From: Phallusia mammillata
Taxonomy: Eukaryota
Assembly (NCBI GenBank): GCA_965637545.1
Contig: OZ281500.1
Coordinates: 19,778,001-19,842,000 of the forward strand
Length of the DNA: 64,000 nt
Direction of reading: 5' to 3'
Shown: positions 1 to 13,644 of the stretch, one piece after another
How positions within the stretch are numbered: the first letter of the stretch is position 1
Layout of the letters: each line of letters begins with the position of its first letter
Notes under the pieces: generated by a model
What the model was told of the DNA's origin: nothing
Seen by the model: the letters and a program-made list of their open reading frames with translations, nothing else
Database searches by the model: none
Translations under genes and position numbers: made by a program

Positions 1-1333
1 GTGGTCCAGTGTGAAGTCACGCCCAAATAATGTCTATTGTATTCAAACTTAAGTATGAAACCGACCCGAAAAGCCCAAACCGGCTCACGACTACGAAGAA
101 CCAATCTGTGAAGTCACAAATGACGGAAGGCTGGAGATTCGAATCTGGGTTGAGTGGGCATCGGATGTGGGTCACGTGTTTTATTCTCAAGTGGTGATTG
201 GTGGAGATCGTTTAGGAAGGAATTGATTTGTCTGGGCGTGCGCCGAACGACGAGAATTCGCAAAAGGGAAGGGGATAAGAGCTGTTAAGATGCTTGACGG
301 ACAAAAGATTTTATTTTGTATGAACAAGCATACAAAGAAGATAAACTCCTCACAGATCAATAAACGAAAATCGGAATTTCATGGGAGAGGAATTGAAAAC
401 ATTTTTGACAGTGTTTTGTGCTTAGTTGATCGCAACCTATTGCCATTTTAGCAAAATATTTGTCATAATCTACTACAAATAGATTAAAAAAATTAATAAA
501 GACACACAGTAAACTGAATATTTGGACATAGAACTACACTTAAAAAAAGAAAGTATGCCTATACACTACAGAAAATGGTAAAACAAATACCAACTTTATT
601 TCGTCTGGCAAATACAAACTGCCATACGTGACTAGCGGTGCGTTACCGTTACGCATGACCGACAGCACTCAGACTCTAAAAAACATGTGATGACAGCCGC
701 CTGGAACAAACAATGGCGCCGGTTGAGTAATGGAACGCACAGTATTCGACTTTCATTTTTGGAGGCTCCAACTTGGCGCCGATTAAGGCAAGGGATATGT
801 TAATCATTGTAAGTCATATCAAATATCTTAAACCCTAGGGTCGTGGTTTGACTTAAACCCCTAATCGTTGTTCCGTTTTGGCTGACAAAGGAAGAACTAA
901 GTACCGGCGTGTGCCAACCAACGAACACAACACTGATAAACCAAATTTGTGGCACGTATAACAGGGTATGACTTCGTTGCCGGTTATACAAAAAAACGTG
1001 ACCTTTTTATAACCCAGTATATTGACATTAAGCCTAAAATGACATAAATCATAGAAACTTTGCTTGAGTTAAGTTTATTTCGCTTGGTAAAAGACAACAT
1101 AGCGACACAATTGCACTAAAACAATCACCAAGCCGGAAATGCTTCCAACACTTTTGGTTGGATAACACCATTAAAAGCTTGCATCTATGGCCCGGGCACC
1201 TAAAGAAACATCCATCAAAACGATGTGTTCAAGTGTGAAAAGCAGATAAAACCCGAACACTTGATAACAGGTATTGACGGAAGATACGGATCAAATACAA
1301 GAGGATCGGTCACACTGCATCCATTGTGAGTTG

Positions 1334-1371
1334 TGACGTAAGCAGCCCACGTGATCGCGCACACAGCCAAT
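1334..1371. promoter_or_regulatory. Cluster of CRE-like (TGACGTAA), E-box (CACGTG) and CCAAT motifs
   Basis: TGACGTAA at 1334-1341, CACGTG at 1348-1353 and CCAAT at 1367-1371, all within 38 bp. Motif match only; no linked CDS. Confidence 0.3.
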
Positions 1372-4300
1372 GGCAGTGGGCCGTGAGTTGGCTGTTTAAA
1401 GTGGGGTCACCAGATGGTTAAGGAAGAACAAAAAACTGGGACAGTAAGGTTTTTTGGACCTCGTTTGGGGCTAAGGAGTTTCATTGAGTGGGAAATCTTG
1501 ACGGAGGGTGTTGATATGACTTCCTTTGCGGTGAAATGACACTTGAAATACTCTGAGAAGGCTAGGAATATTGTTTTACGATTCCAAAATCCCATGGTGC
1601 CGGTTCCGTTGAGATTTTGTTTCAAAGGACAAGTCAAATACCTGGATTACTTTATAACCTAATACTATCCATCTTTTAAAAACTATTTGAAATTCGATGC
1701 CTGAAAGGTGTCTACAAGATTTGCCCATAGAGGCTATTTGTTATTCAATAGCTTTAACATATGAACATCCTTTATGACTGTTAGTATTGCCCTTGTTTTG
1801 TGCATTGGTATCATTAGTAGCCTATTGCAGTACAATACCGAGCAAAAAGATTTAAGTCAAGCTGAACAAAGCTTGGCTCATTATTTGATGACAGGGTATA
1901 AGAAAAAAATAATTTTGGGGCAAAGTTATTGTGCAAACTGTACTAACGTCCATACACAAGTCACGCATGTTTAAACAGGAAACTGTTTTCTGATCTTCAT
2001 GGAGTCAACACTCTACGTAGACAAGCTGGGCGTTATGCAAGCAAGGCAGCAACGAGGGAAGGCGCCGCTTTATCTGTGCCTAAATCGCAGTTTTGGGGTT
2101 CCTATCTGCCCTGCGCAAACACTAACAGTCAGTGAACAAGCGATAGGCAGATAGGTGTGCAACTATGCACCACCACCGGCTTAACCCTGATTCGGGCACA
2201 GGCGGTTAAATGCAATAAAACAAGGTGACCGCTGATAGATTGGGCAGTGGTCTAGGTTCCTGGGTGATTGAGAGCCCGTGATTTGGCCTTTACGGTCTGT
2301 TGAACGTCTGTTTGGTGGGCTACCTTCGTGAGCAAAGTGTTTTGCCTTGGGTCTTGTCCTTGTCATAAACAATTAGAAAACCATCTATTGAGAATTTGCA
2401 AAATCAAGCAATACAAGAAATCTACAAAATGAAATCCACCAACGACAGTTCTGTGGTATTTCAAATCGAAGTTAGAAATTATGTATTTTGTAAGAAAACG
2501 ATGCACAAGAGGGTGTCTGCTAGTCCAGCATGCATTATGCCATCCAATGTGCAAACAGGGTTTAAACGGACCTTAAAATTATCTATTCGCCGACAAAGTG
2601 TGTCGTGTAACACAGTGATCATACAACACCAACTTTCAACCGAAAAAACTTGAGTCAAATTGTGGCTACGGTCAGCCAGAATTAGATTTTCAAGCGTTTT
2701 CGGTGCGGTTTGTTTAGACTCGTCCAACGCAATTGCCCCCTGTGTGCTTAAGATCGTCGGTCAAAATAACCGGTATTTTTGACACCCCCGTACTAAACGC
2801 CTACACTGCAATTTTCGCCAGCCTGTGGCAAGGAACAGCTGGGGAAAATTGGCGCCCACTTGGTAAGGCAGGGTTTGCGAAAATGCTAATACACGATATT
2901 GACTTCCTTATAAAACGGAAGGAGACAAAATTTTGGGGAAATACCAGGGATAAGAAAATAAAACCACAGTTAGGAAACACTACACACAACCTGGAAAAAA
3001 TCATTTTAAACACAACAATTGCAAACGACCTTGAATTTAGTAAATACATTCTGTTGCAGACCTTTTAACAACCAAAAGTCACAGTAAAATGTAGTTGGAA
3101 AATGCACAGTTGTTCATAAAGGCGTACAAATCCCGAAAGTGATTAGACCGACTTCCGCGCATCAGTCATCTCAGGTATCGACTACCAAGTGTCAGGGCTT
3201 CCCTTGCAAGTATTTCGCACCTCAAAGGGCAACATGGAGCAATGACACGTCCGTATTTCTACTGAAGTCGCCACATAAACCCACATGCCAGTGACCCAAG
3301 TCCACCCTCTCCGAAGCACCAACGTCACAGCTCTCACCACTGTGTGTTTCGCTCCGTTGGGCACCACTCAAGCGCGGAGAGTTAAGCACAGAGAGGGATA
3401 GAGAAAGTTTTCTTGGCCCATGTTTGGGCTCTGCGTTTGGCGAACAGCGGAGCGATGGCGGGAAGAAATGAAGCGGAAAAAAGTTTTTGCCGCAGTGAGG
3501 TATAGCTGTGGTGCAGCGCGTGAGTTAGGTTAGCTTAGGGTGCATGTTAGGTTTAGCTTTGTTGGCTTATGTCAAAGGATAAGATGATTTTTAGCAGTTT
3601 GCGTTGCGGCAATGCTTTTGCACGCAAGGCTGATATAGGCTCAAAAGTGTTTACTTAGATATCTGAAAAGCAAACTAACGTATATGTCAAATGGATATGC
3701 CAGAGAAGTAAACTAAATGATCGTGAAACCGATCACAAATGTATGGTTTCGATTTATTAACAATTTGCAGTAAAATGTGGCAAACTATAATTAACAAAGA
3801 AGGTTATCATTGTGGATTCGAAAAGCTAGCAAAAATATGTAACATTATATATTCTGAAAAAGTATCCATTTGTGTTTCGGCTCAAAGACTAATATTCATC
3901 TAAAATGTCTTAGTTATAAACACAGGCGCATGTACGCGCTCTGGAAATAATTCTGTGGGTAATTTTTTTAACTTTAGCACCAAGGACAACTTTAGTAAAC
4001 ATTGCATATTTAATGGATATAAATTGTTATCGATGTAACAAGGTTACATACAGTTTTTTTTTGTGTATATAACCAACTATTATTGAAAATGCGAAACATG
4101 TTGAACGCTAAAGTGAATGAAATAAGCCCAGGTTAAACGATCGTATTCTGCCGAGTTTAGCGTGTGTCATTGCGGTCGACTTTGCAACACGATGTCGAGA
4201 GGTAGAGGCTGAGCCGAGATTTTATAAAGTATGAGGGGTATTGACCCAAAGAAACGGTTTGGCAACTTTACTTGGTGTCGCAATGATTGGTTGAAAAAAC

Positions 4301-5504
4301 AATGCTGTAAAACATTTTAATGTCCGATTCACAGGTTCTGCGTATTGCACGTACATCAACGATTTGTTGAAGGTGTGAAAAACAGTCACAAAGGCGGTTT
4401 TAACTGTACTATAACTGATCCAGGACCTTATCTTAGCACCTGGTGCCGCTTTAAGGCTTACGACACATAATAAAATTTGTTCATTTCAAAGAATGTACAT
4501 CTCCATAATCTTGACAAGCGATCTACATTGAAAATCGAGAATTAAGCCTTGCCCCGGATCAGCAAAAGGACAGCGCACCGAAGGCAAATAGAGTCTTAGT
4601 TGACTTTCGGCAAATAACATTGCGACGCGGTTTATGGTGGTGGCAGGTGCTTCTCAGATTTTTTTCAATGTTCTATGGTGACAAAGTTGTGTTTGATCGC
4701 TTTAGGTGTGGCCCGGTAAGCTCCACATAGTCTAAGGTTGACGTTGGCTCGCTGGTAAATATGTGAATTGGAGTTGGACCTTGTGCTGGAATGTGTACAC
4801 CCAATGCCAGTTTTACAGGAAATCTATGTTTGCCAATCTATTTAGCTTCGAGACACAGGGCTAGACTATGTGGTCTTGAGAAAGAGGCGTGTGTTTCTGT
4901 ACCTTAAAATGCACTAAGATTTAGTTTGTTTGGTATATGTATAATTGGCTCCATACAGAATAAGGATTACAAAACCTTTTCATATTGCCAGTTAAAATAA
5001 AAGCATTTAGAATCTACTTATAAAGTTCGACAAAAATCACAGCGTAAAAGAAAATTAATCATAAACCCACTGGATCGAAAAACAAAATACAAATATCCAA
5101 AAATAACCCAAACTTTCCGAGTGCAAAAAATACTTAACCGCATCATTAGAACGCACAAATCTAAAAACAACGCAGAATGTTGCGGCGGAACTCGGAATGT
5201 TGGTGGCGTTGTAGGCACATTAATAACGGTTTTTAAAATTTGTTAGGGCCTCATAGGTCGCACGCGCCTGGCCCTCAGCCATGACTATCGATAAGAAAGT
5301 TTAAAGATATCTAAGACGATAACGGCACACACACACGAAGTCAAGCTGGTGCTGCGGTGTTTAACGCGCAGGTGTTAAGAAGTAGAAGAATTGTGCCTCA
5401 GTGTTCTTCCCTGTTCTTGGATGTGCATTTGGGTCATTGTTATATTTTTTGGTTTGCTGGGTCTTAAGGATAAGTGCAAAATGATATTTCTTGCCAAAAT
5501 GGGA

Positions 5505-5538
5505 ACGTCATCACAACCATTACGTCATATGACGTAAT
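5505..5538. promoter_or_regulatory. Perfect 20-bp palindrome with two head-to-head TGACGTAA (ATF/CREB/PAR-bZIP type) sites
   Basis: ATTACGTCATATGACGTAAT at 5519-5538 equals its own reverse complement; a further ACGTCA core starts at about 5505. Confidence 0.35.
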
Positions 5539-6101
5539 CACAAGTTTTTTGACTCCCGGCAATGACAAAATGATCAAATTCATTGTATGTTACGAAAGAG
5601 TATTTACAACGTTCCGGTGGTCTAAATATTACTCTAAATTTTCGCCCATTACCAAGAATTCTTGGTACATGCTGCCACCCGCAAACTTTTAACATAAAAT
5701 TGTGTAAACTTCCAATGCGACGGGTCTACAACACCACAAAGGAGTCTCTACAAGTTTGTAACACACAGACCTAACGCCCCCGCGCTGTAAAGCTCAAATG
5801 AACAACACCTTATCGGCATAGACACAACAAGGCTCCATGCTTCGTTCAACAACATCGTAAATGACATTCCGTTGCCTTGTAACTGACAATAGGCCAGCGT
5901 GTCGAAAATAACAGCTTCGAAGTAATAGAAACAAGAGTCGTTTGCATTGGGTAAAGCACTCGAATGCGCAGACGCACGGAGACAATGTCAAGACCGAAAT
6001 AACTACCTTTGGCGTCGGCCTGGGCCACTAATTGCGCCCGATGCGGTACCGGCGTCAATTTGTTGTGATTCGCTTCGCTGCGGAACGCGCGACGACCCAT
6101 T

Positions 6102-6111
6102 GTGACGTCAC
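6102..6111. promoter_or_regulatory. Palindromic CRE (GTGACGTCAC) in a GC/CpG-rich patch
   Basis: Exact TGACGTCA at 6103-6110 inside a CpG-rich segment at about 6000-6160. Confidence 0.3.
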
Positions 6112-9100
6112 GGGGTGCGCGTGCTCCCCCGACCTCTGAGATACTGCGTCGCGATAATCCAGCTGGGATCAGGGAGTTTATCTACGGTTGGAACTCATTA
6201 AACGGAGATTAAGTGGTATTAACTGAAGCGTCGAATGAATGCAGGAAGCCTACACTGCCCAGTGCGTTTGGTTGCAAAATTTTGAGAAGTTGTAGAGTGT
6301 ATTTATCCTAATAAGTTGATTCTGGGAATCTTTCACCATTCTGTTACCATTGTTGTAACGATTTTCACCTTTCATATTATGTATCACAAGTTGGAAAATA
6401 GATTATATTTGAATAAAACACTAGAGAAACTTGCATTAGCGAGATATATTTGTTCTTTATACTAAAGCTAACTAAAACAAACTTAACAAAGGGCTTTTTG
6501 TTTAAGTTTGGTTTTTACGAGTAGGATTTTTTCGCAAATGAAATTAAACGATATATTGATCCACCAAACAGTATTTCATTTCACACAACATAGATTGAAA
6601 CCAAGTTTGCCTTGTCACACAGGCTGTATTGTAACAAAAGCACAATTATTATCCCAAGATAAACAAGATTTAAAAGTGGAATTGAGTGCGTTAATGTGTC
6701 TCACGTTTTATAACCGAAAATAGGTGTTAAAGCTGTCAAAAGGCTCCCGCAGGGCTTAAAAGAGGCTTTCCAGCACACAAATGATGGGTGTAACAACCAG
6801 TTTAGGCAAACAACTACAAAACCGTGAACCAAAACATTACCCGCTGCTTACCAACATAGGGAGCTAGGGCTTGTGGCCACACCTTAAGTAAACGATAATA
6901 GACTGACTAGAAAGTCGGCGCTATTCAGTACAAGTGGGTTATCCAGAGCGCCCACTAGGCCCACACCTGCCCAAGCACGAGCTGTTGTTGATAATCCAGT
7001 TGTTGTCGACCCCAGGAGCTCTACTGTAAGGCCTTGATTTAATTTTCAGCCGGTAAAGCGGATTCACGGTAGAGCGTAGTTGTGTCATCGCCCTTGATAC
7101 AAATAGCCGTTGCCTGGTGACGCACGGTCGCGCTTGGCTGCGCACCAATTGACGCGAGGGCCAGCGAAATCTAAACAAAGTGCATGAAGCGTCGCCGCAA
7201 AGTATAATTGCGTCTAGCGATCGAAAACCGAAGACCTTTTAATCTAGAAGTGGTTTCCATATTGTGAAGGCTCGACAATGCAACGCTATATCCTGGCGAC
7301 GGCTGTGGCAATACAACAAGACCGCCATTCATAAATTTATTTCGCTTCTTAATGAATATCCGCCTATAAGCTTTAAAGAGGTGTCCACGCGTGAAATTAG
7401 GAGCATTAATAAAGTAGGAATCCCTTCGCGACCTGGCTATTTCATTAAGGCTTGATTGTAGGTATTTGGGGCGTCACGAAGCATTTGGGTGGTCGCTAAC
7501 AGGCAATGCTAAATTATTAGCAGTATCGGCTCCTGATAGGCGCGCCCTAAGGTCTGATAGCGGTCGTTGGTCGGTCAGACCGTTTATTGGAAATCTACGT
7601 GCAATAAAAATAAATGAAAAGTAATTATGTTTTGCTATTGTTCGGCATAGGAGGCGAAAAGGCAATGATATATTGATATTAGTTTCCTATGAGAATGGAT
7701 GGAGTCAAAAATGTATTAAATCCCGTCAAAAGAAAAACAATGCTTGCTGGTGATTGTATCCACTAGCCTCAAGGCAAGAACTTTTACACAAGGTTTTGGA
7801 CCCAGAAAGTAAACACACCCTTACAATGTACAGCAAAATAGGTGCTTTCGATAGCGCAATTCCAATGTATTGGACCCCAAAAGGTAAAAAGTCCTTGCAA
7901 TATACAGGAATATGGCTACTTTCTATTTCCCATTCCAAGTTTTAAAAGTCACCCACAATAATGTCTTAACGAAGATTAAAAACCTGGACGTTATTACACT
8001 CGGCGCTGCGAAATTTCGGGATTTTAGAGCAGACAAATTTAATTGCTGCACACGGAACAACGGAAAAACCCGGACAAATCCTCCAGGCTACAAACAAAGC
8101 CACAATCACACAAGCTCTTACATCCAAACACCACAACATCATTCGCATTACATCAACCAATCACAACGCTTCGAAGACGTAAACCTTAGCCTGTAAAAGC
8201 ACCCGGCCGTGTTGCTGGACTTTGAGAACGCTACGTTAAGTCTTCATCGAAGTAATGAGTCGCAGTTGTCAAAAGCTGGTTTGTCATTGAAGGTTTACGC
8301 CGTGGCCGTCCACCGATCAGTAAGCTGTTTACAAGACGCCGAGAATACAATGCGAACGGCGATATCGGCGACTTGTTTTCTGTTTACAGAGCCGTGGCGT
8401 TGAAGGATCGAACAGCAAAGGCAGATTAAAAGTCGCCCGAGATCTTGATGCGCATTTCGAAGTCTCCGTGTGACAAATAGGAAGGTATAGTCAGGAGATT
8501 TGGTCAAGTTATTAGATAAGGGAAGCCAGATATTTGAAAAAGCGGTCACCACCTGGCCCTAGGTAAATGGTACAGAAATTTAAGGATGGTAAAGTGATCA
8601 TATCAATTTAAAGGTATAATTATTGCATAGAAAGCGACAGTTTTTCCCTATTTTTCGAACAATCATAGGCCAGTGAGAGACCACCCGTAAAGATGACAGT
8701 TCAACATTTGAATTTACAGTATCTTAAAAGAGATTCCTCAGCCCAATCTGGAACGATTACTCCATGCTTAGGTCGCGGATTCATAAGCGTAAACCTGTCT
8801 GATATTTTAATCACCCCAAGCCTCTTCTGCCTTAGAGACGCTGTACTTGGTATTTTAAACCTTGCACTTTTATGAAAAAGTAAACTGAATGCTATGTGCT
8901 GGAATATGTAGACAAGAAGCAGAGGGTACTTAACTAATAGGCAGTTAAACGTTGGCGGTCGGGCGAATCCCAATCTACGCCCAGCCTCAAAAACGTGACA
9001 GCCTTGGTCAGCACGAACTGCGTTAAGTGTTTCACGTTCAAGTGTGCCTGTTGTGTGGAGATTACGCTCGGGAAAATAATTGTCAAGTAGCGGTCGAGGT

Positions 9101-11254
9101 GAAGATTGATTACTGGCGGGACATCGGTAGATGGTCGTTAAGTCGAGTTGGTACGCGTGGATATTCCAAACGGATAAGGGTGTGCCGGGATTTTTTATGA
9201 CATGTGGCATAAACGTGATAACTTTTAACCATATACGGAACTATGTGGATAGTTTCTTCATTTAAATATACCTAGGTCGGACAATAAGCCAAGTTGGTAT
9301 CTGCCATAATGGCATATGTCTTTGCGTGCGGTGTATAAAATTCATCAAAAAATTTAATTCCGTCAAAATTCCGTAGCACTGCACAAAAACAAACATGTAC
9401 TTCGATTTAGGCGGGGTTCAGCAATTCGATTCCACAGTGGTCGGTTAAATTCGAGTGATTCTCCTTTGCCAAAAGTGGAACTGCGTCATAACACTTGTGT
9501 TAATTGTCGGTCGGCGGGCAAAGGATAATAGCTCGGCTGTGTGCTCCTGCCTCAAAGCGAAGTGTACGCGATTGTGAAGTGGCAAGGGCAAGGTGTAATT
9601 AAATGCCGCCTGTTATGGCCTTTAAGCATTTGAGGTGCGCCAAAACTTGACGGGCATTTATTTTTTCGACTGCAAATTTTGCACAAAAGAAATCGTAATC
9701 ATTGCAATCATTTTTTCTGGGATTTTGATGGTTTCGCAAAAAGGTTGTGAAAACTTGACATAGAGTGGGCAGACGTTAATTGTTTTCACAGAAGAACATA
9801 TACGTTAAAAGGTTAGTTTGGAAAAACAATATCCATTAAATTGTCATAAAGTACAATGGAAAAATAATTTTAACCCTTGTTCAACTGGGCAATGAAATAA
9901 TAATCAAAAATACTAAGGTATAATTCTGAGTCATGTAAGTGTGTAAAGGTGTACATTCACCTGCAGAAAACCAATATAGAAATATCCCTCAAGTCACAAC
10001 AAACTTGAGGATTTTAGGCCGCCTCGAGTAACGACCATAATTTAAGCAATCGCGCTTGGATCAGGAAAACTCTTGTTCGTCGCCAGGCTTGTGGTGAGCG
10101 AACTACCTGCTCATAAAATTTCGAGCAAACAAAAAGGTAAACGATTCCTCGCGCATGGAGCGGTCGCGTGGCCGTCCCGAGGCAAAGCACGCGCGCAAGC
10201 AACTATACGACCCTCGCGAAGCATCCGAGCTTGCTAAAGTTCACAACGAATATAGATAGGGATCTTACCGCTGAGGTGCTATGGCAATTTTAGCGGTGTC
10301 TTACGCCCTGGGGGCTAACAAAAAGGGCTTTGCACATTTTAGTGGTCTCTCGAAACTGGCTGTGTGAGCATTTTGTTGTTGTGTGTATATACGTGCAAGG
10401 GCGTTCGACGACAGGGCACGTTCTAACGCTTGACGAGGACTTCACTACCGTTCCCATCGCTTCTACTTGCCGACTAGGCGTAAATAAAACAACTGCACGC
10501 GTTTTAGTAATGTTAACACACTTGCGAATGTGTACGACGCTCGTTTTCCGTTTAATGTAGAAACCTTGTACGACCATGTTCTGCAGTTTTAACAACAAGG
10601 CTGTATTTGCGCAGTGAAAACTCCTCCATGCTAACATATGGTTTATCGAGCTGTGTTGTTTTGCTAGCGATGTTAACATTACAAGAGCGCAAACTGATAT
10701 CTCCCAAAGCAACATCGCCTACAAGAACACAAAATTATGTTCGGATCACTCACACTACATATATAGTTGTAAAACATGGTTCAGTCGCCGTTCAGGACTC
10801 AAACGAACCCCTGTGTTGGGTGGAAAAGCGAAAGAGCAGCGGGTTAATGAATGACAAAAAATGCCCTTTGAGTCAGGAAACGATATGTGTCGACAGCAGT
10901 CACCTGTCATGTAAAAATCCGTTTATGACTTCCGACACTGATAAAAGAAAGTGTTTTCATGGACATGAGTGCACGATAAAGGCTCTTGTGGCGCAATTTG
11001 CAAGCTTTTATTTTCAAAACACGCTGTCTGCGAGAAAATTGCCACGTTTTAACGTTGATATGAGATCACCTGCTGCACGTGCGGTCGCCAACAGGTCGTT
11101 AGCACTTCCCTTTCGTCGTTTAGTGTCATCACGCGTAAACGGGTTTCCTTAAAAAATGAGGCTAATTGAAGACACGCGCTGAGCCTTAAACCCGCAAGGG
11201 AGTTGTGACATCATAACCGGGTGACGATCAAGGCGTGCGACAATCAATTTTCGG

Positions 11255-11335
11255 TCAATTGACGTCGGTTCGGGGCCGCCGGCCTGAAATTGCACTTGTC
11301 CGTTGTGACGTCAAGACCCGTTAGCCAATCAGCGG
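11255..11335. promoter_or_regulatory. Promoter/enhancer-like cluster: two CRE cores plus a CCAAT box
   Basis: TGACGTC at 11260-11266, TGACGTCA at 11306-11313 and AGCCAATCAG at 11323-11332, in CpG-rich sequence. Confidence 0.35.
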
Positions 11336-13644
11336 CGAGGAAGTAGGACGTCCAACGGAGTTTAAGGAAGCAACGGTCACGACGCTAATTTACGGCCTTT
11401 GGTGTAACGAGGCGGCTTTTGCGACGAATTTGGACGGGAATCACTAGCCGTATAGTGGTGATTAGCTACTGGGCACGACCGTTACTTTCCGCGACGCGCT
11501 GACGAAATGGTTTCGAACGGCGTTTATAGAAATTAAGTCACTGCTAAGGATAGGGGACCCGAAAGGGACAATATGTTAAGCGCCCACTTTTGATGTAAAT
11601 TTTCATATCTGTTACTTAATTTATAAAAAAAACACGCAACGTGATATGCAAGATTCATTAGAGAAGCCGACTAGGATGCACCAGTTTTAGACGAGAAACA
11701 TAAATTTGGATCCATGATCTAACCGAGGGGTAACATTAGAGCTTGTTTAGGTGACACACCGTTGTTTAGTAAAAACTCAGACAGTCATCACCTGGAAGTC
11801 GCTGCCTGAAAAACGATTCTTTTTGACGCGGATTCGTTCCGTCGCTAGAGTTGAAAGCGCTTGGCGGGCGATGAAACGTCGCTAAAGGTAAATATTTATG
11901 TCCCCTCTGTCTGTGATCATCCGGTGACAAGCGACAATTGCTAGAAGTCGGAGCTTCTGATTTGCTATAGACTAGTAAATTTTGTTGCTTGGTTTGTATC
12001 ATTGTGTAAAGTGGTATATTTTCTGAAATGCTTAAAAAAGAGAGTGGTACTGAACGCATTGGCGTAAATGAAAGTCTGGTTCAGTACTGATAGGGTAATA
12101 CGTTTTTTTAGATTGCAGGACAAAGTAGGTGTACGTAGTCAAGTTGAATCAAAAGCAGCGGTGTCTTGGCTCCGTCCAAGTGCACATATACAAACATTTG
12201 GTAAAAATAGCGAATTAGGTCGTTAGGTACAACGTAACTTCATATTAACGTCAAGTTTTCTCAAGCAGGACCCCAAATTTTGACCGTTTTGGGTTTGCAT
12301 AGACATTAATCTCTATCAGTTTATGAACCGAAACACTGGTAGTAAAAGAACGCTTTTTCATCTTCTAGAATGTTCGCAGGTCGTAAAGGGGTTTGAAAGT
12401 TTGGCACAATACCAGAGGTCGAGTGAAAATTGCTTGCACGCGCCCCGTAAGCCCATAAGCTTTACGAAGTCCACGGGAAACCGTCGTTAGTTGACTTGTA
12501 TATGGATTTATTGCATGAGAAACTCGAGAGCTTTGCGATATAGGAGCTCCCTTGAAAATACAAAAACCCGCGCAGGAACTTATATCCCCGAGCAAAGACT
12601 CAGAAAAATACTGTCAATCTCACAAGGCCAAGTCAAAAATAAGAGTGATATTGCTTTATTTGTGGCGTGCTATGTGGGCGCAGGTTTTTCTTTAAAGAAA
12701 TTACTGGAGCGAAGGGTGGCCATTGGACATGTACAGGCCCTAACCAAACCACAACACCTTTGGTTAATCAGGATCAAAGAGAGTGGCGCAAGTTATCACC
12801 GTAAATAAAGTTTTTTAGGCTTTTATGTTCTGTCCCCAACGCTAATATACCTATCATAAACGCTTGGCTTACAAAAACAAGACATTTTCGGTGGGGGTAT
12901 TATGGAAGTTCCGTTGGAGACATGACAGGTTTGAGAGCAGCGTGAAAGGCTTAACGGCCTTGGTTTAACCCCTTCCAGGGCGGCCTTCGGATTTAAACGC
13001 GTGCACGGTCACAAACAACGAGACGTTAAACAGTCCAGCACAGGCGCGAGATATGTGCCTGGATAACTCTTCTCAAGAGCCCTTGAACAAACTCCCTGGG
13101 CCGACGTAAAGCTCAAATCTGTGTGCTTGTGAGGTCCTCGATTGTAGAGCAGCGCGATAAAGCATTGTCACGTCAGTGCGCTGTGTTTTAGGCGGTTTTG
13201 TCGAACTAATCAAGTCTTCTAGCCCTTGTTGTGTACAGGGGTGGGCAATGGCGTGAAGCACCTTCGTACTCTGACTCTTACCCCCGTTCCAAAGCACTTG
13301 TTCTACTAATTGCGGTGCTTCCATTGTTCGCAGTTGGCTTCCGACGCCCGGCCTCGTTTGTTTTGCGTCCAGTCGTGATGATCGAACGGTGTAGATCTGC
13401 TTGGTCGTGTGACAAGCTGTAATCGTGTTTACAATATCGCGATACAAATCTGGAAGCTTTATTTTTTTGCGACGACGCACCCTGCCCAGCACGGATTAGA
13501 GCCAGATTTGAAGAGCTTTGTTAAATTTCCTGGAGTAGATGTCAGTGTAAAAAATGGACAGTTAGCAAACGGAACTAGATGTTGGTCCTATCAGAGCAGC
13601 CTTAAAACCTTGCAAACCTATTCAATGTGTAAGTAGCATATTTT

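Noticed and set aside
30-228. Short ORFs at the window start (e.g. PAHDYEEPICEVTNDGRLEIRIWVEW...) followed by AATAAA at 495-500
   Set aside because: Could be the end of an upstream gene, but the most protein-like frame has a stop at 56-58 with no acceptor after it, and I recognise no family.
6402-6417. ATTATATTTGAATAAA, 14/16 similar to the Ciona-type spliced leader as I recall it
   Set aside because: Not followed by a GT donor or Sm site; AT-rich chance match.
8701-9210. 169-aa ORF on the minus strand
   Set aside because: No domain, atypical composition and no splice partners.
10607-11152. 181-aa ORF on +, overlapping a 141-aa ORF on -
   Set aside because: No recognisable motif, weak start, and overlapping ORFs on both strands, as expected in GC-richer non-coding DNA.
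11288-11301. AATTGCACTTGTCC, resembling the 5' part of miR-92/25
   Set aside because: The flanks do not form a precursor hairpin and the 3' part diverges.
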